Counted from the first letter of the whole stretch, positions 1 to 14,091 are shown. The stretch is DNA of 63,272 nucleotides, filler included, from Basidiobolus ranarum (GCA_040143965.1; 5 parts of 5 records of this genome joined end to end with filler, not necessarily neighbours in it); one strand, 5' to 3'. Translations and numbers: made by a program. Notes: generated by a model not told the origin, from the letters alone.

Positions 1-135
1 AAAGCAAGCATCAACTTGGTCCTTGCAATATGATTTGAAATGATTTAATAAAAAGACATCTTCTAAGAAAACAAATACAATGAATTGTAGGGAGAGGGAG
101 GGGGGATTAATTAGATGAATAATAAATTACCAAGA

Positions 136-3100
136 TTAATTAAAGTATCTAGGTTCATTGAATACATGATATTTATGATTACGAACACCATCACCATAGA
201 ATTGTGGTGGATAACGTTGACTTTCTGGAATATCAGATTCATTCACACGACGGTAGATATCTTTAGGTAATTCATTTTCTTGGACTATTTGGAATTTACC
301 CGATTGAATTTCAGTATCAGTAATTCCACCATGTGAGATTCTAGCGTAACCGATACGTTTAACTCCACGGAAGGCTACATATTCACACCATCTATCGTCG
401 TCCGTAGGATCGATATCATTGACATTACCATCTTCCATTAAGATATGATAGTTACCTACGTGTGGTTTAGTCACCACATACCCCAGGAAGACGAATGGAT
501 TGGGTGATTCCCGCATGATTCTAGCAATCTCAGTGGTTTGTAATTTTCGATCCAAAGGATCTTCTTCTTGTCCATTATGGGATACGATGACATCTACATG
601 TTTACCGTACACATCCAATGTAGCATGAATAGCACATGCTAATTCTCCCACCGGTGAAGGAAGTAAATGATGGGTAGAGTTGACGATTGGGAACTTAGAA
701 AGCATAGTACATCCCCAAGTATGACTGGTAGGTCCAGGTCCGAAATCAGCGTACATATTCAAATCTTCCGCTAACGATTGTGTAAGATCTCGATTACCCA
801 TGATGATACGTTGTGTATCTGATTCAAGTAATCCAACTACATCTAATTCAAGTTCACGAATGGTATCCCGCATTCTGGTCTCACTAGCCCACATGTCGTT
901 ATCAAGTGCAAAGTGGATGGTCCAAATACCCGCGGTCATTATCTTGTCTTCTGGATGATAGGGTTGTGGTTTCTCTAAGGGGATTCTGGAGATATAAGTA
1001 AGCGCTCCAGCTAGAACTAAACCGCTAAGCTTCCAATTGATGAGTTTACGACGGGATCTAAATGAAGAGGAATCCTGACTCTTAACGTATTTTTCATCCA
1101 CGGTAGGCATACTTCTGAGTCCAATACCAATCAGTCCCATCATAATCAACAAAATAACATGTGTACTTTCACGTAAGAGTGGCCCACCAGGAACGAAAGC
1201 ATAGGCAACCACCCAAACATGTAAAAGATCCAAGATGTTATAGGTAAGCATGGATAAGAATAATGTACGGCCAGGTGGACAGATGCTCACAGTACGAATA
1301 AAGGATGGGAGAATAGACATAGTATAGACGGCAAAACCCAAACCAGCAATAAACCCTGGGGTTTGAGGAACATAGTACAACGCAAAAACGGAGATAGTAC
1401 CAAAAGTCCACCAAGTTAACCCAGTAACAAACACTTTGTGAGATAAGGTATATCCTAATGCTAGAGCAGCAATAACTAAAGCACCCCATGGGACGGGCGC
1501 AGGCTCATGGTGAGAGTATCCACGGGCAATCCAGCGGGAAATAATAGAAGAGTCAGATAGCATACTATGAAGGATGAAAAAGATTGCACCGAAACCAACA
1601 GCGATTCCACTCCAACGAACATCCACATTAGAGCTCACAGAATGGTCGTGAGTACGCTGTTTTCTGGAGAAATCTCTATAAATCAAGGTAATACAGGCCA
1701 AAACTCCAATAAAAATACCAGTAGCATTTGCACCTCCATTCTCAAATCGCATAATGGGCCAAATGGGATTGTTACTTCTCCACATAGCCTTTACAACATT
1801 ATGTAAAACTAAACCAAGAGATAAAGACGCGATATCACGTTCTAAACGGCCGGTTTTTTCGTATTCTCCATACCATGTGGCAGCCCAAGTAGTCAAGCTA
1901 ATACCGCAGCCAATGGCAGCATAGATAAGTCTATGAGTAGGAGTTTCCCATAGGTAAGAAGCAACACCGATAAGCGATATGAGATGGAAGATGCCTCTAT
2001 ATGAACGCACGATATTGCGCACAAATGGTACACCGAGAACGACTGGCAAAAGAGTGATGAACAGGAAAGCTTCGTACCCAGAAATACCCATGTGCCACAA
2101 TGGGAAATACCAGATAAGCAAAGGCAAAGCGGTAAGCATCGACCAAAATATGAAACCAAGATAAACGTCAGCACTGAAAAAAATGAAGTTCGATAACCAC
2201 TCGCGCTGGCTAGACATGACGCTGAAAGGACTCTTTCCGGCGGAGGTGAAATCGTGATCACGATCTTGCTTTTCCATAGTATTCACGTCTAATACCTGAA
2301 TGTGGAGAGTCTGGAAATCATACACGGAGGCCGCATCAAAAGAGATATCGTACATAATAAGAGACCATTCGAAGAAAGCATAGATAGTGTAAGCACCGGG
2401 GATTTTGTCAACCTTGTGCTTGATGTAGTAGTGAACCAAAGGACCCAGAGTAAAAATGAACAAGCCACACATGATTTTACGAAGTCTATTTGCCTTGGTA
2501 ACCAGAGTTGGGCTGGACTGGAGTAAACTTGAAGAGGAAGTATACATGGTTCCAAACATGTAAGGGAAGGTAAACAGAATGTAGATAACCATCCCTACAT
2601 CATGGATCATGTGATCATCACTGGAAGTGACATATACAAAAACGGCACAAGCAAAAGTACGAATAACACCGATAACAAGGAGAACTTTCTTGAAGGTGGT
2701 GGAAGATCCACTACGTGAAGCGGTCACAAAATACCACAAAAATAAAAGAAGGAATCTGGGAGCTGCAATCCATTTTAGTTAGTAAACGTACTTTCATCAT
2801 AGTGGTATACAACAACTTACTTGCAGTTGCCGCAATAAAAATCTGAAAGATTGCTCTTGCCGGATATCTATCACCGATTGTCGCACTGACACTAGGGAAC
2901 CATTCCTTTATAGAGTGGAGTTGTTACTTAAAAATACTCGAGAAAATAGTGGTGAGAATAGGCTTACGTCAGGGTAACGAAAATATTCGTTTTCAACGAT
3001 CTTGTAGTAGTGGGTTTGACAACCAACCACCAAAGCTACGAGAAAAGCACCTGAAGGAAGAAAAATCAGTTTTTGAGACTATTTTTGAGCTTTTATAAAC

Positions 3101-3306
3101 AAACATACGTACTGAAAGCGAGTATAGTATGCAGATAAGCAATGTATTTGCCATTAAACTAGTAAATGATAGTGTTAGAGTAGCTATTTTGAAGAGAGGA
3201 AGCTAAGAAAGTGAGCACATACTCCTCCTAGGATTGCTTGAGGCATGAATACAGCCTCTTCAGCGTGTAGTAGTGGTTCACGCTTTGAACGTCGCGAAGT
3301 AGCCAT
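136..3306 (-). CDS. CWH43: Cwh43/PGAP2-interacting protein (Frag1/DRAM/Sfk1 N-terminal domain, multi-TM region, C-terminal nuclease-like domain); GPI lipid remodelling
   Basis: 867-aa final exon with [22 protein letters not shown] and HNGQEED motifs. Upstream small exons splice via GT-AG introns to [29 protein letters not shown] at 3306. Confidence 0.92.
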
Positions 3307-4224
3307 TGTGAAAAAAAACTCTAGACCTCAGAAATAATCTTCAACGTGAATAGAGAGACAGACTAAAAGAAGCGAGTGAAAGTGCTTAATTCACCAACTT
3401 CTCTTTAAAGGATTTATTTTGGGATCTCAAGTTGGTGGTAACATTGTTTGTGGAACTAGACTTAATATCAATGTTTATAAAATGGGATGATTTAGATCGA
3501 TGCTTATTGAGCAAAATCACTACAATCCATATCTGCTCGCGAAAATCCATCGAATTCTAGGGCTTAACTCACCTTTTCGGGTTAACTTGAGAAAATCCGG
3601 GAAAATTATTCTCCTGTCATGAATTCTGATAATGGTTGGATGTTCGTCGCGGTAAACATTTGATCTAATAAGCAAGCCTATACAGTGATGATGAGCTAGT
3701 GCATCAACATTGACGAGACCGTGGAGATCAACAACCTTTTGCTGGGTGGTGGGTGATTCTACCAGCTTGATCGCCTTAAATTATGATATTCAATTTCAAT
3801 CAGTCAACTTCAATCAGTCGGGTTTAAGCTTGACAAAGTCTTGGCAATAAACAATTATCTCTACTAGGCCCACCCTAACCCTTGGATTACCAAGATTGGT
3901 TACTAAGGGAAGAGGCACCTATCCGATTTGCTAATGAGAATAGTCTCTCCCTGAATGACCTATTTGGATAGCCCATTTGGATGGGCGTGGACAAAGATCA
4001 ACAGTTAATGTTCCTATTAAGGTTACACGCAAAGTAGCTTTATCGGATAGTTCCTACAGCTGCAGAAAATTAGAAGTAACAGTAACCTAACCCTAAGCGA
4101 TGAAAATGACTACATATTTCCGAACTTTAAGTTGACAATCCACACACTGTACACTACACATGACTCCATCGCTATTTAAACTACGACGTATGTCTCGACT
4201 TTAGGTGAAAAGTCTCTTTTGAAG

Positions 4225-5596
4225 ATGATGAAATTTGTTACGTTTCTTTGCTTGCTTGCTTCCACGGTGAATTCCAATATTCTACTAGGATATTATACTG
4301 ACTATGCTGCTGATCTCTATCCACCATCCGCAGTTCCTTATAAGGATTTGACTCACATTAATTATGGTAACTATTGGCTATTCTGTTAATTTGATCGTTT
4401 ATGCATTCAGTTCCATCGGCAACACTTTATATTAACTCGTTCATATAGCGTTTGCAATGTTCGACAACATCAATTACTCTCCAACCATCAAATCTACCGG
4501 CATCCTAACGGATTTAGTGACTAGAGCTCATGCCAACAATACCAAGGTTTTGATTTCTATAGGTGGCTGGGGTGGATCGAGGCACTTCAGTAGTATGAGT
4601 ATGTTCAATCACACTCGCTCCATGTTCATCGAGGGTACGATACAGTTGATGAAAATGTATAATCTTGATGGAGTTGATATCGATTGGGAGTTTCCTGGAC
4701 GACTAGGTGACTCTATGAATGAAGTCAACTCTCAACTTGACACTCAAAATTTCCTGATACTGTTGAAAGAACTGAAACAAGAAATGGCTAGACATTCTCT
4801 GAGTGAAAAGTTGCTTACCCTAGCTGTTCGGCATGAACCCTTTGATGGCCCAGAAGGGCCGATGAAGGATGTATCAGAATTCGATCAAGTGGTGGATTTT
4901 TTCAGCATCATGGCTTACGACGTTTTTGGATCGGAGGTCTCTACCACTGGTCCTAATGCCCCATTACACTTGGTTCCAGGACAACATCCACCCTTTTCAG
5001 TTAGTCAAGCAGCGGCTGCCTGGAACAAGGCTGGTATTCCTCGGGGGAAGATAGTCATTGGGGTACCATTTTATGGTCGGTTATTCACTGTAGACACAGA
5101 TATGAGGTCAAGTGATAATATGATTGTTCCACATGCCAGTCGTTACGGAAAAAGTTTGAATCCATCTCAAAGAGTGGTACCTATGATTCAATACAAGTCA
5201 CCAGATGCTGCACTTCAAATTTTTGAGCGCCGTACGATGATCCCATGGTCATATTTGATGACATATCAAGTGCTAACAAATCCCACTACTGCCAACGAAA
5301 CAGCCGGCTGGATCCGGAAGTTTGATAATATCACCCAAACACCTTGGTTGTTCCACGCTGAATCCAAGACTTTCATTTCCTACGACGATCCCCAATCTTT
5401 AGCTGCAAAAGTTACTTACTCACGAAAAGAAGGATATGGTGGGATAATGATTTGGGCATTAGATCACGACAACAGTCATTTAATGAATGTATTTAGAGTA
5501 GCATTTGTATCCCAAGCTCCACAGATTTATCTAAATTGGACCCATTCATGGTGCCTACTATTACTTTTATTCTCTACCAGTTTTGTGCAGGCGTAA
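4225..5596 (+). CDS. Secreted GH18 chitinase
   Basis: Signal-peptide exon MMKFVTFLCLL..YKDLTHINY, then one intron (~4367-4448). Motifs KVLISIGGW, DGVDIDWEFP (DxDxE), MAYD, SYDD and GGIMIW; hydrophobic C-terminus. Confidence 0.9.
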
Positions 5597-6101
5597 GGCT
5601 AAAACTACCTTATATATTCTATCTGAGACCATGAGGCTTTATATATTGTATCTGAACCTAAATCTGATATCCGTCATAGATAAATGTAAATAAATCTGAT
5701 TTATAATTAAACAATAATGGTAATTAGAATAAGGTGTAAATATTGGATACAATGGTAAGAGTGAAGGTGCTTTATTTGCTTGGAATTGGTTCAAGACCAA
5801 AATCAATCTAAATATCTGAAATAAACAGAGTACCAGTGTTAAGAATAGGCAGCCGAATGGAAAATCTTATAGGATAGTAAATGAATGGAATATATACACT
5901 GGTAACATGAAAGTGATATTCGACTTTTCATGGCAGAAGACTGAATAAACCAACCGAAGAATGGATGTTCGATATTTAAGTCAAAAAGTGAGGAAGATCA
6001 ACATTGAAAAATATCCTTCACTGTTGCTACTCACTGCTTTCAACTAATCGCTTAACATCATGTGCGATTGGAACTATAAGTGCGGAAGCGACATGAGCTT
6101 C

Positions 6102-7401
6102 TTAAATTGTGCTAGCACCATTGAAAAATATCACCATTACTGTAATATCATCCCGAGTGCCGCGAGAATAGGGTGGTCTAGGTGCCAGTTTATATGTTAA
6201 ACTACGTTGGTTGCTTCCTCCAAAAGCATTTCGGATGAGATGCGTGGAGGCATTTGCATCCGTAAAGCACCATCGCGAGTCTTCTTCACAAGGGTGTTGA
6301 TGGAGGTGAGACGCAACTAGTTGTACGATTTGATCATTGTTAAGTTCGTCATACAATCCATCTGTGGCTAATACGAGGAATCGATCGCTTGGAGTTAAAT
6401 GACAATGCTGGACTTCGGGAGAGGAATGTATATAAGGAGGTGAGTGATAATGTTCGAGACTAGCACGAATATCAGGAAAATATTGACTGGGTATGTTAGA
6501 CTGGGTTTCACATCCCCATTTCAAATCACAATCTCCTATAAAGCAAAATATTTGATGGTAAGTATAGGTAACAAGGATATGTGTTAAAAGTGTTCATACC
6601 AAATGCTCTAGTAGGTGCCAAAAGTCCTAGGACTCGATCTAAACTAAATAGAGTATCCGCTTCATTTGGGTGTTCCTGATGCATCCGAGTCTGCTCGTCC
6701 AGATTCAGTGCCGTGTGGTCATTACTCATGGGCTTCGCATGCCAGCCATGTTCATCGCATACACCCATTACCGCTCGTGAATCTCCAGTGTTAGCGATGT
6801 AGAGGTCCCCATTTGGGATGTCGACGTAAGCAAGTAAGGCACAAGAGCCCGATATAGCAGCTAAAAAATCTTTACCTGGTTCTTCAGTTGGATTAGAAAC
6901 TACCTCAGCGAGAGCCTTTTCAGAAATTGCTTTATCAAGATCAAGAAAGCAGTCTTGAAATGAGCTAGTGACAGCTTCAATTCTAGAAGCCTCGGTTTCG
7001 AAAGGAGTAGCATTTAGAACGTCTACTCTCTCCAGAATCTTGTGTGGTAAAAGATCTCTCACAAGCTGTCCACATTCAGGTCCACCATGACCATCAAATA
7101 CACCAAATAAAAGACTATTAGGGTGTTCTAGGTGAAAGCAGTGTTGATCCTCACTAGGTTGATTAGAAGCAATGTGGTTGATATCGAGGCGCTCAACGAA
7201 CTGGGTATCAAGTGTTACTGATACTTCATTTTCGACTATGAGGGCTTCGATTTCAGGCCATGTGAGGTCGTCATCTTCATAATCGGGCTCGTCCTCACAA
7301 ATTATGTAATTAGGAAGCTCAGGATAATTATCAGTAGATATACAACAGGAAGAAGGTGTGGTGGTGAGCATGTTTGAAACTGGAGTACCAACCAAAGTCA
7401 T
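6102..7401 (-). CDS. PP2C-family phosphatase, pyruvate dehydrogenase phosphatase (Ptc5/PDP)-like
   Basis: Motifs SNQPSED, FGVFDGHGG, ANTGDSRA, LAPTRAFG|DCDLKW (intron 6536-6599), LATDGL and RDDITV. Confidence 0.85.
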
Positions 7402-8235
7402 GTTGGTAATATGTTCAGGTGGGTGGGGAATGATAGATTAGCAGTAATATGCAGAGGAAGATAACACTTCGTAAATAATAATAAATATTCAGTGAAGGAA
7501 AGCTAATAAGGTGGAAGTGACAGAACAGTTGAGGTAAGATGAGGTAATGAGCTGAGAATATATAGTATCTTACTAATTGAAGATCCAATGTAATTCTGAG
7601 GAAAATTTGAATAATCCACTTGGTTCTCACATATGATGCAACATCATGTCGCGTCCTAAAAAGTCCTAGTGTTTTTACATTCATTACAAATTATCATTAA
7701 TCAGAAATCACTCTACTGATTGACTTCAACTCATTTGCAGGATAGTGACGCATTAACGTGGCGCAGTGATTTTGCATATTGGATGAGTTTAAAATAATAA
7801 GGCTAAGCAATGAATGATTCCAAGTTGATAAGTTGGAGAGTTTCATATTATGTGATAGAAATTTATTCATTCTGTAGCTTTCAAAATCGGCGTTATACTA
7901 GAAAGAACTTCCAGTAGAAAGCGTGGTTTTTATCTTATCTTTAATCATATATAACCCTAAGCCAATTTGTATTCAGGAAAATTCATCATTGCGTAGTGGT
8001 GTGATCTATTCCTGATCTTTTTTTCGTCAATTTTGAATACCATAGCAATTTGCAGTAGCGTAATTAGAGTACGTCATCCGTAAGGTAAGGTTAAGAGGCT
8101 TTCAGTGGAGCGTAATATAGTAGTTAGTTTACCAAGATCAGAGTAGGCATTCATCTACAGCTCTCCTCAAGATCAAGTCATTTATAACACAAACCTCACG
8201 TAAAATTCTAGTACTTAGTTCAATTGCTATAGAAA

Positions 8236-10044
8236 ATGTCTGACGGTAGATTGGAAAAAATGGAGAAAGACTACAGTGATGTAGTTGATGTACAACTCCC
8301 AGAAGCTGAGCAACTTGCTAAGGTAAATATATGCTTACCTCGTAGAATGCATAACTCTTTCTTCAAGGGGTACTTATTCGGTTTTTTCAGTAAACTAATT
8401 GTCGTCGTTATATTTTTTATACTTAAGAATGGAGAACTCCGTAAAGCTTTAGAACAACTTCTTTCTCTCGAGAAACAAACCAGAACGGTAAATACTCACC
8501 TTTATGCTTTATATATTGCTGATACTCAATCTCCCATTTAACTAGGCTGGGGATCTTGCTTCTACCACACGTATTCTCACCGGTGTTGTTAAGATCTGCT
8601 ATGAAGCCCAAGATTGGAAGACTCTCAACGAGCATGTTGTTTTGCTATCCAAAAAGCATGGTCAATTGAAGCAGGTTGGTCGGGTTTCCTTTCAAATGAG
8701 TTCCAAGTATGTTTTCAATAACCTATTTCCCTACATTAATAGGCTATCACCAAAATGGTTCAAGAAGCTATGTCATATTTAGACAAGACACCCGATATGC
8801 CAACTAAACTCGAGTTAATTGACACCTTGAGAACTGTTACTGAAGGCAAAGTATGTGCAATTTTAACATACGCATATATTACTACAATGCTTAACTCCAT
8901 CCTTGTATAGATTTATGTGGAAATTGAGAAAGCCCGCTTAACTCGTATGCTCTCCAAGATAAATGAGGATGAAGGCAAGATTGCCGAGGCTGCCGATATA
9001 TTACAAGAACTCCAGGTAGTTCCTCATCGGTTAATATAACATTATGACACATAGATGTTGACTTGTTGGAAATCATTAGGTGGAGACTTTCGGCTCAATG
9101 GAGAAAAGAGAAAAGACTGACTTTATTTTGGAGCAAATGAGATTGTGCTTGGCTAAGAAAGATTTCATCAGAACCCAACTCATTAGTCGCAAGATCAGCA
9201 CCAAGTTCTTCAATGAACCAGAACAGGCTGATTTGAAGCTTCGCTATTATAACCTTATGATCGAATACGCTCTTCATGAAGGAGAATACCTCAACATCTG
9301 CAAATATTACAGACAGATCTACGAAACCGAGTCAATCAAGGCTGACGAGGCCAAATGGAAAGAGGTTAGTATTTTATATTGACCGATTCTTTCATTCGCA
9401 CGACATTTAATTGTGATGTTTAGATTCTTCAAAACGTGGTATTATTCATTGTGTTGTCACCATACGATAACGAGCAATCAGATTTAATCAACCGCATTGC
9501 CGAGGATACCAACCTTGTCAAAATCCCACTTTACAGAGAGCTCCTCAAAAGCTTTATCACCATTGAGCTAATGAGATGGCCCAGAGTGGAGGAGATCTAT
9601 GGCCCTACTCTCAAGGCCACCTCCATCTTCAGTCAAAAAGAAGGTGGCAGCGACCGCTGGAATGATCTCCACAAGCGTGTTATTGAGCATGTAAGTCTTT
9701 CTCCCCATTTACTTGGCCATGCGACTTGCTGACCCTTTTTTGTTTAGAATATTCGAGTTATCGCCAAATACTACACCCGCATCACAACCAAGCGTTTGAC
9801 ACAGTTACTGGATTTGTCTGATCGTGAAACTGAAGAGTTCCTTTCCAAGTTGGTTGTGTCCAAGACCATTTATGCCAGAATTGACCGCCCTGCCGGGATT
9901 ATTAGCTTCTCTGCACCCAAGGATCCCAATCAAGTGCTTAATGACTGGTCCCACGATGTCAACTCCCTACTTGGCTTAATTGAGAAGACTACTCATTTGA
10001 TCAATAAGGAAGAGATGATCCATAAGATTACCAAAGCATTGTAA
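8236..10044 (+). CDS. RPN5: 26S proteasome lid subunit Rpn5/PSMD12 (multi-exon)
   Basis: Exons encode [34 protein letters not shown] and a PCI C-terminus [20 protein letters not shown]. Confidence 0.95.
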
Positions 10045-10385
10045 AAACTCGATCACCTCAAAAATATCTTGTTCTCGTTCTTATTTCGTTGGATTGTTTG
10101 GAGATCTTCATAATTCTTTTACATTCTAAATATTTCAACATTGGCCAAGATTAATTGGCAAATGTATTTAATTAAACTTGGTCTTTTACTTTCAAATGAA
10201 ACATTCGTTGATCAGGCCTTATGCCTTACTCACTTGAGGCTAGAACATGTGCCAAGCTATGTTTGAGCTTAATGGGGTTGGGGGCTTATCGCTAGTATAA
10301 GCTGTAGGGACCGAACAGTAGATAAAATATTGATTTGTATACAGATCATTTAATCGGATTTATTTATATATATATGGTCTTCAAA

Positions 10386-12000
10386 TTAACAAACACCTGC
10401 GGTTTTATCTGGTAGTTGATTACCACTTGGCTCATGCTCTCCAGCATGGTTTGTTCGGTGGAAAGTGACCCGAGCGATGTTTCTTAGTTTGTTCCAATGT
10501 TGCTTTGCCGAGGGTCTTTGTAATTTAATGGTTTCGTGATCTAGCTTGTCAAGATGATGAACAGCTGCCATCAAATCCTTGATCAATAGCTCGCATCTTG
10601 AGCGGGAGAAGTCTTCACGAATAACGACTCGACATAATTTGACGCTTTGGGCATTTGGTGCCATAGTATAGGCGGGAATGATCCATCCACGTTCCCGTAA
10701 TTTGGCTGCTATGTCAAACTCATCATAATGACGCTTGCTATTCAATTTGAATGCTACAAGAGGAAGTCCAAAACCATTTCCTTCACTTAGGATTTTGAAA
10801 TAACCAGTGTCTACCAGAGCCTCAGCCAAATGATCAGCAGTCCGTGTCAGATTAGCCATAATCGAACGGAATCCTTTTTTACCCAATCGAATTAATATGT
10901 AATATTGAGCAATTACGTGTGCAGCCCCTTTACTGAAGTTTAGGGTGAACGAAGCTTGGTCAGCACCGAGGTAGTTAATGTTAAAGATCAGATCTTTTGG
11001 CAAGAACTCAGGACTACGCCAAATGCACCATCCAATACCAGCGTAGCAAAGTCCATACTTATGACCACTGGCGTTGATAGAAGCAACCAAAGGTAAACGG
11101 AAATCCCATTCCAACTCTGGTTTAACAAATGGCGCTACAAAGCCACCAGAGGCAGCATCAACATGGATGGGGACGTTCAAGCCTAATTCTTGGTTCTTTT
11201 TTTCCAACAAATCATTCAAAGTCTTGACATCCTCATAATGCCCGGTATATGTGGAGCCTAGAATGGCAGCAACACCGATTGTGTTCTCATCAACGAGCTC
11301 GACAGCCTCTTCCGGAGTCATAACATAACAGTCCTCAGTACAATAAACGTAACGAGGTTCAATCTCAAGATATCTGACAGCTTTTTCCCAGCACACTTGA
11401 ACATTGGCACCCATTACTAGATTAGGCTGACTGGCATCTTTTCCCTCTTCTTTCCGCTTTAGTTGCCAGCGACGCTTCATGGCTAAACAAGCCAATATGA
11501 TAGCCTCGGAGGAACCAATGGTGGAGCAACCAAGAGACTCTTGAGTTGGATTATCCATTGGTGCATTGAATAGACGGGCAATCATACTAACACAGCGATT
11601 TTGGATCTCACATGTCATAGGATATTCTTCGTAGTCGATAAAATTCTTACTCATATTCTCGGCCATTAGTTTTTCTACCTCTTCTTCCATGTAAGTAGTT
11701 ACAAAACTGGCCAAATTAAGCACCGGGTTTCCATCAAGTGCTAGCTCATCTTTAATCAGTTTATAGGCAACCTTGGGAGGCATTTCGTCACTTGGCATGT
11801 CAAATCTTGGGATGTCTTGAGCAGCCCAATGGCTGCCATAAACTGTGGTAGAAGTGACGTCCTCTTCATGAATTTTGCTGGAGGGGTCATCAGATTTCTC
11901 GAGGCGAGCTGAATAAAACAAGTTAGGCCGGCATTTGAATTGTCGAATGAAAATAAAGAAGGCCTTTACCATCAGAAACTGCGGTGGCAAGAAAAACCAT
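10386..12000 (-). CDS. GAD1: Glutamate decarboxylase (PLP-dependent, group II)
   Basis: Motifs LNLASFVTT, HVDAASGGF and SGHKYG (PLP lysine). True start is MVFLAT at 12000, followed by a short intron. Confidence 0.95.
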
Positions 12001-12597
12001 AGTGAATATTATCAAAGGGTATTACAAAGAATAACTCTTGAGACGTTCCGAGGAGACATAATTCCATTAAATACCTCTCATCAATGACCCAAGCCACATA
12101 CTCGGAGACTAACCAATCCAGCTCTGCCTACTTATTACGCACGTCAGCAGCCAATCTTGTTCGGATTTGCTGGGTCAACAGTGACAGTAAGTGTTTTGGG
12201 ATTACGCTCTTGCTGCAACGTCACTATTTATGACGTCTTCATGTGAGTAATAGATATGGTAAACTATCTTAATCCGGCATATTTGGTACCGGTTAAGCGT
12301 TCAGTGCCACATTAAATATTGTAAGTCAGGTAGCGCCACGATATATCCTGAAGTACTGTTTAGCCTAATATAAAGGCCGCTATTCGATGGGTTATCTTCA
12401 TATCGTCATTGTATTAACGTCCTTTTAAGATAATCCATCCAGATTGGAATCATGGTTCAAGCAATCAATCTGGTAAACAGTATAGTCCGAAATCACTTGT
12501 TAACAGTCCATCAGCCTACAAGTAAGGTCACTTGACATGATTATCTCGGTGATAAATCTAATATTGAACATCTTTTGGCTATTTAACTTTAACATCA

Positions 12598-12697
12598 NNN
12601 NNNNNNNNNNNNNNNNNNNNNNNNNNNNNNNNNNNNNNNNNTTAATTAATTAANNNNNNNNNNNNNNNNNNNNNNNNNNNNNNNNNNNNNNNNNNNN
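12598..12697. other. Artificial contig spacer (44 N + TTAATTAATTAA + 44 N)
   Basis: An identical 100-nt spacer with a six-frame stop linker occurs four times. Confidence 0.99.
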
Positions 12698-12825
12698 AGC
12701 AACCACCCCCCCACACAACCCCCACCCACATCCCTTTCCACAGCCCGCCCCCAACCCCCGTCCCCCCCTCATTTTATATTTTTTACCCCCACCTAAAAAA
12801 ACCACCCCACGACTCGAAAGAACAC

Positions 12826-13545
12826 TTGGCTATTGTATTCGGAGATGATATTCGAAGTGCTACTCTAGACGCAGTTAAGGAAGGGGAAACTGATATGGAT
12901 CGAATCATTCGTGGGGCCTACCATGGTCGCTTGAACCCAAATAAAACCAACCAGGTATTGCCAGATGTTCCGGTTTCCCCACTCGTGCCACCACTCATTC
13001 GAATTCATTCGGAATGTTTCACTGGGGAAACTGTTCATTCTGTCCGTTGTGACTGTGGTGATCAGTTGGCTGAAGCAATGCGCTTGATGCACGCTGAGGG
13101 ACGAGGAGTAGTCGTTTATCTTCGTCAGGAGGGTCGTGGGATTGGTTTACTTGAAAAAATCAAGGCATATAACCTCCAAGACTTAGGATACGATACTGTG
13201 TCAGCAAATGTTGCTCTCTCGCATCCTCCTGATCTTCGCAAATACGATGTTGCTTGCGAAATTCTCAAGGACCTTGGAGCACCCAACATTAGGCTACTTA
13301 CCAATAACCCCGATAAAATTGAACAGCTTGAAGTAGGTGGATTAAAGGTGATAGAAAGAGTCCCAATGGTTCCCAAGGAGTGGTCGCAAGAAAGTAGCAC
13401 CCAAATCATTCATAAACACAAACATCAAGATGGCTATACAGAAGTTAGTACGTACTTGAAAACTAAAGTTGAACGCATGAGACATTTAATCGATATCCCT
13501 ACAGTGGAAGCCACTGCCAACAACATCTCCCCCGAAGAAGATTAG
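12826..13545 (+). CDS. RIB1: GTP cyclohydrolase II (riboflavin synthesis), 5' part lost in low-quality contig end
   Basis: Motifs RIHSECFTGE, RCDCGDQL, YLRQEGRGIGL and LLTNNPDK. Confidence 0.93.
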   Translation: MAIVFGDDIRSATLDAVKEGETDMDRIIRGAYHGRLNPNKTNQVLPDVPVSPLVPPLIRIHSECFTGETVHSVRCDCGDQLAEAMRLMHAEGRGVVVYLRQEGRGIGLLEKIKAYNLQDLGYDTVSANVALSHPPDLRKYDVACEILKDLGAPNIRLLTNNPDKIEQLEVGGLKVIERVPMVPKEWSQESSTQIIHKHKHQDGYTEVSTYLKTKVERMRHLIDIPTVEATANNISPEED

Positions 13546-14091
13546 ATGAGGTATCATCAATTCCGCCCTTAATATATACGGATTACCTTCAGTGAATTAA
13601 GCATCATTCATTATAGAAAAGAATCACTGTTCTACTGCATTTCATCTACTTCACAAAGTATCCTTTATAACTCTTGCCTCACATGATCATATTTTACTTT
13701 TCGACCTCTGCTCTGTATTACATCCGTTGATCCGATTTGTAATGTTGTGATATGTTATCGTTTCTATATAATCATACAAGGTATTCTAAGCTATTCACTA
13801 ACGTAGAAAAGCCCTGTTTAACCTGAAAGAAAATTATTCGTGAAAAAGATTAAATTGTTTTAAATGTTCCAACCTTTTATTCTTTTCCAATTGAATGTAA
13901 AGTAATGAGAATAACGCACCTAAAGCATAAGATTCAAGAATAAAGTTCGATGAAATAACGTACAATTGAGTTAAAACCAACACTAGAATGGATAAAGGCG
14001 GTGGGGCTATATATATATAAGAATGAACAGAAGTTTGAATAGATCATTCAATTCTTATCATTTTATCATCTTGCCGTAAGATATATTAACC

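Noticed and set aside
12598-12697. Recurring TTAATTAATTAA inside N runs at ~12.7-kb intervals, which could look like a regular element
   Set aside because: Artificial six-frame-stop linker. Contig lengths fall steadily (12597, 12590, 12581, 12571, 12533), showing size-sorted concatenation, so no cross-gap clustering was inferred.
12698-12815. C-rich low-complexity tract (possible G-quadruplex on the minus strand)
   Set aside because: It lies at a contig start and grades into the RIB1 coding sequence (..HDSKEHLA). Most consistent with low-quality base calls; the same applies at 38069-38160.
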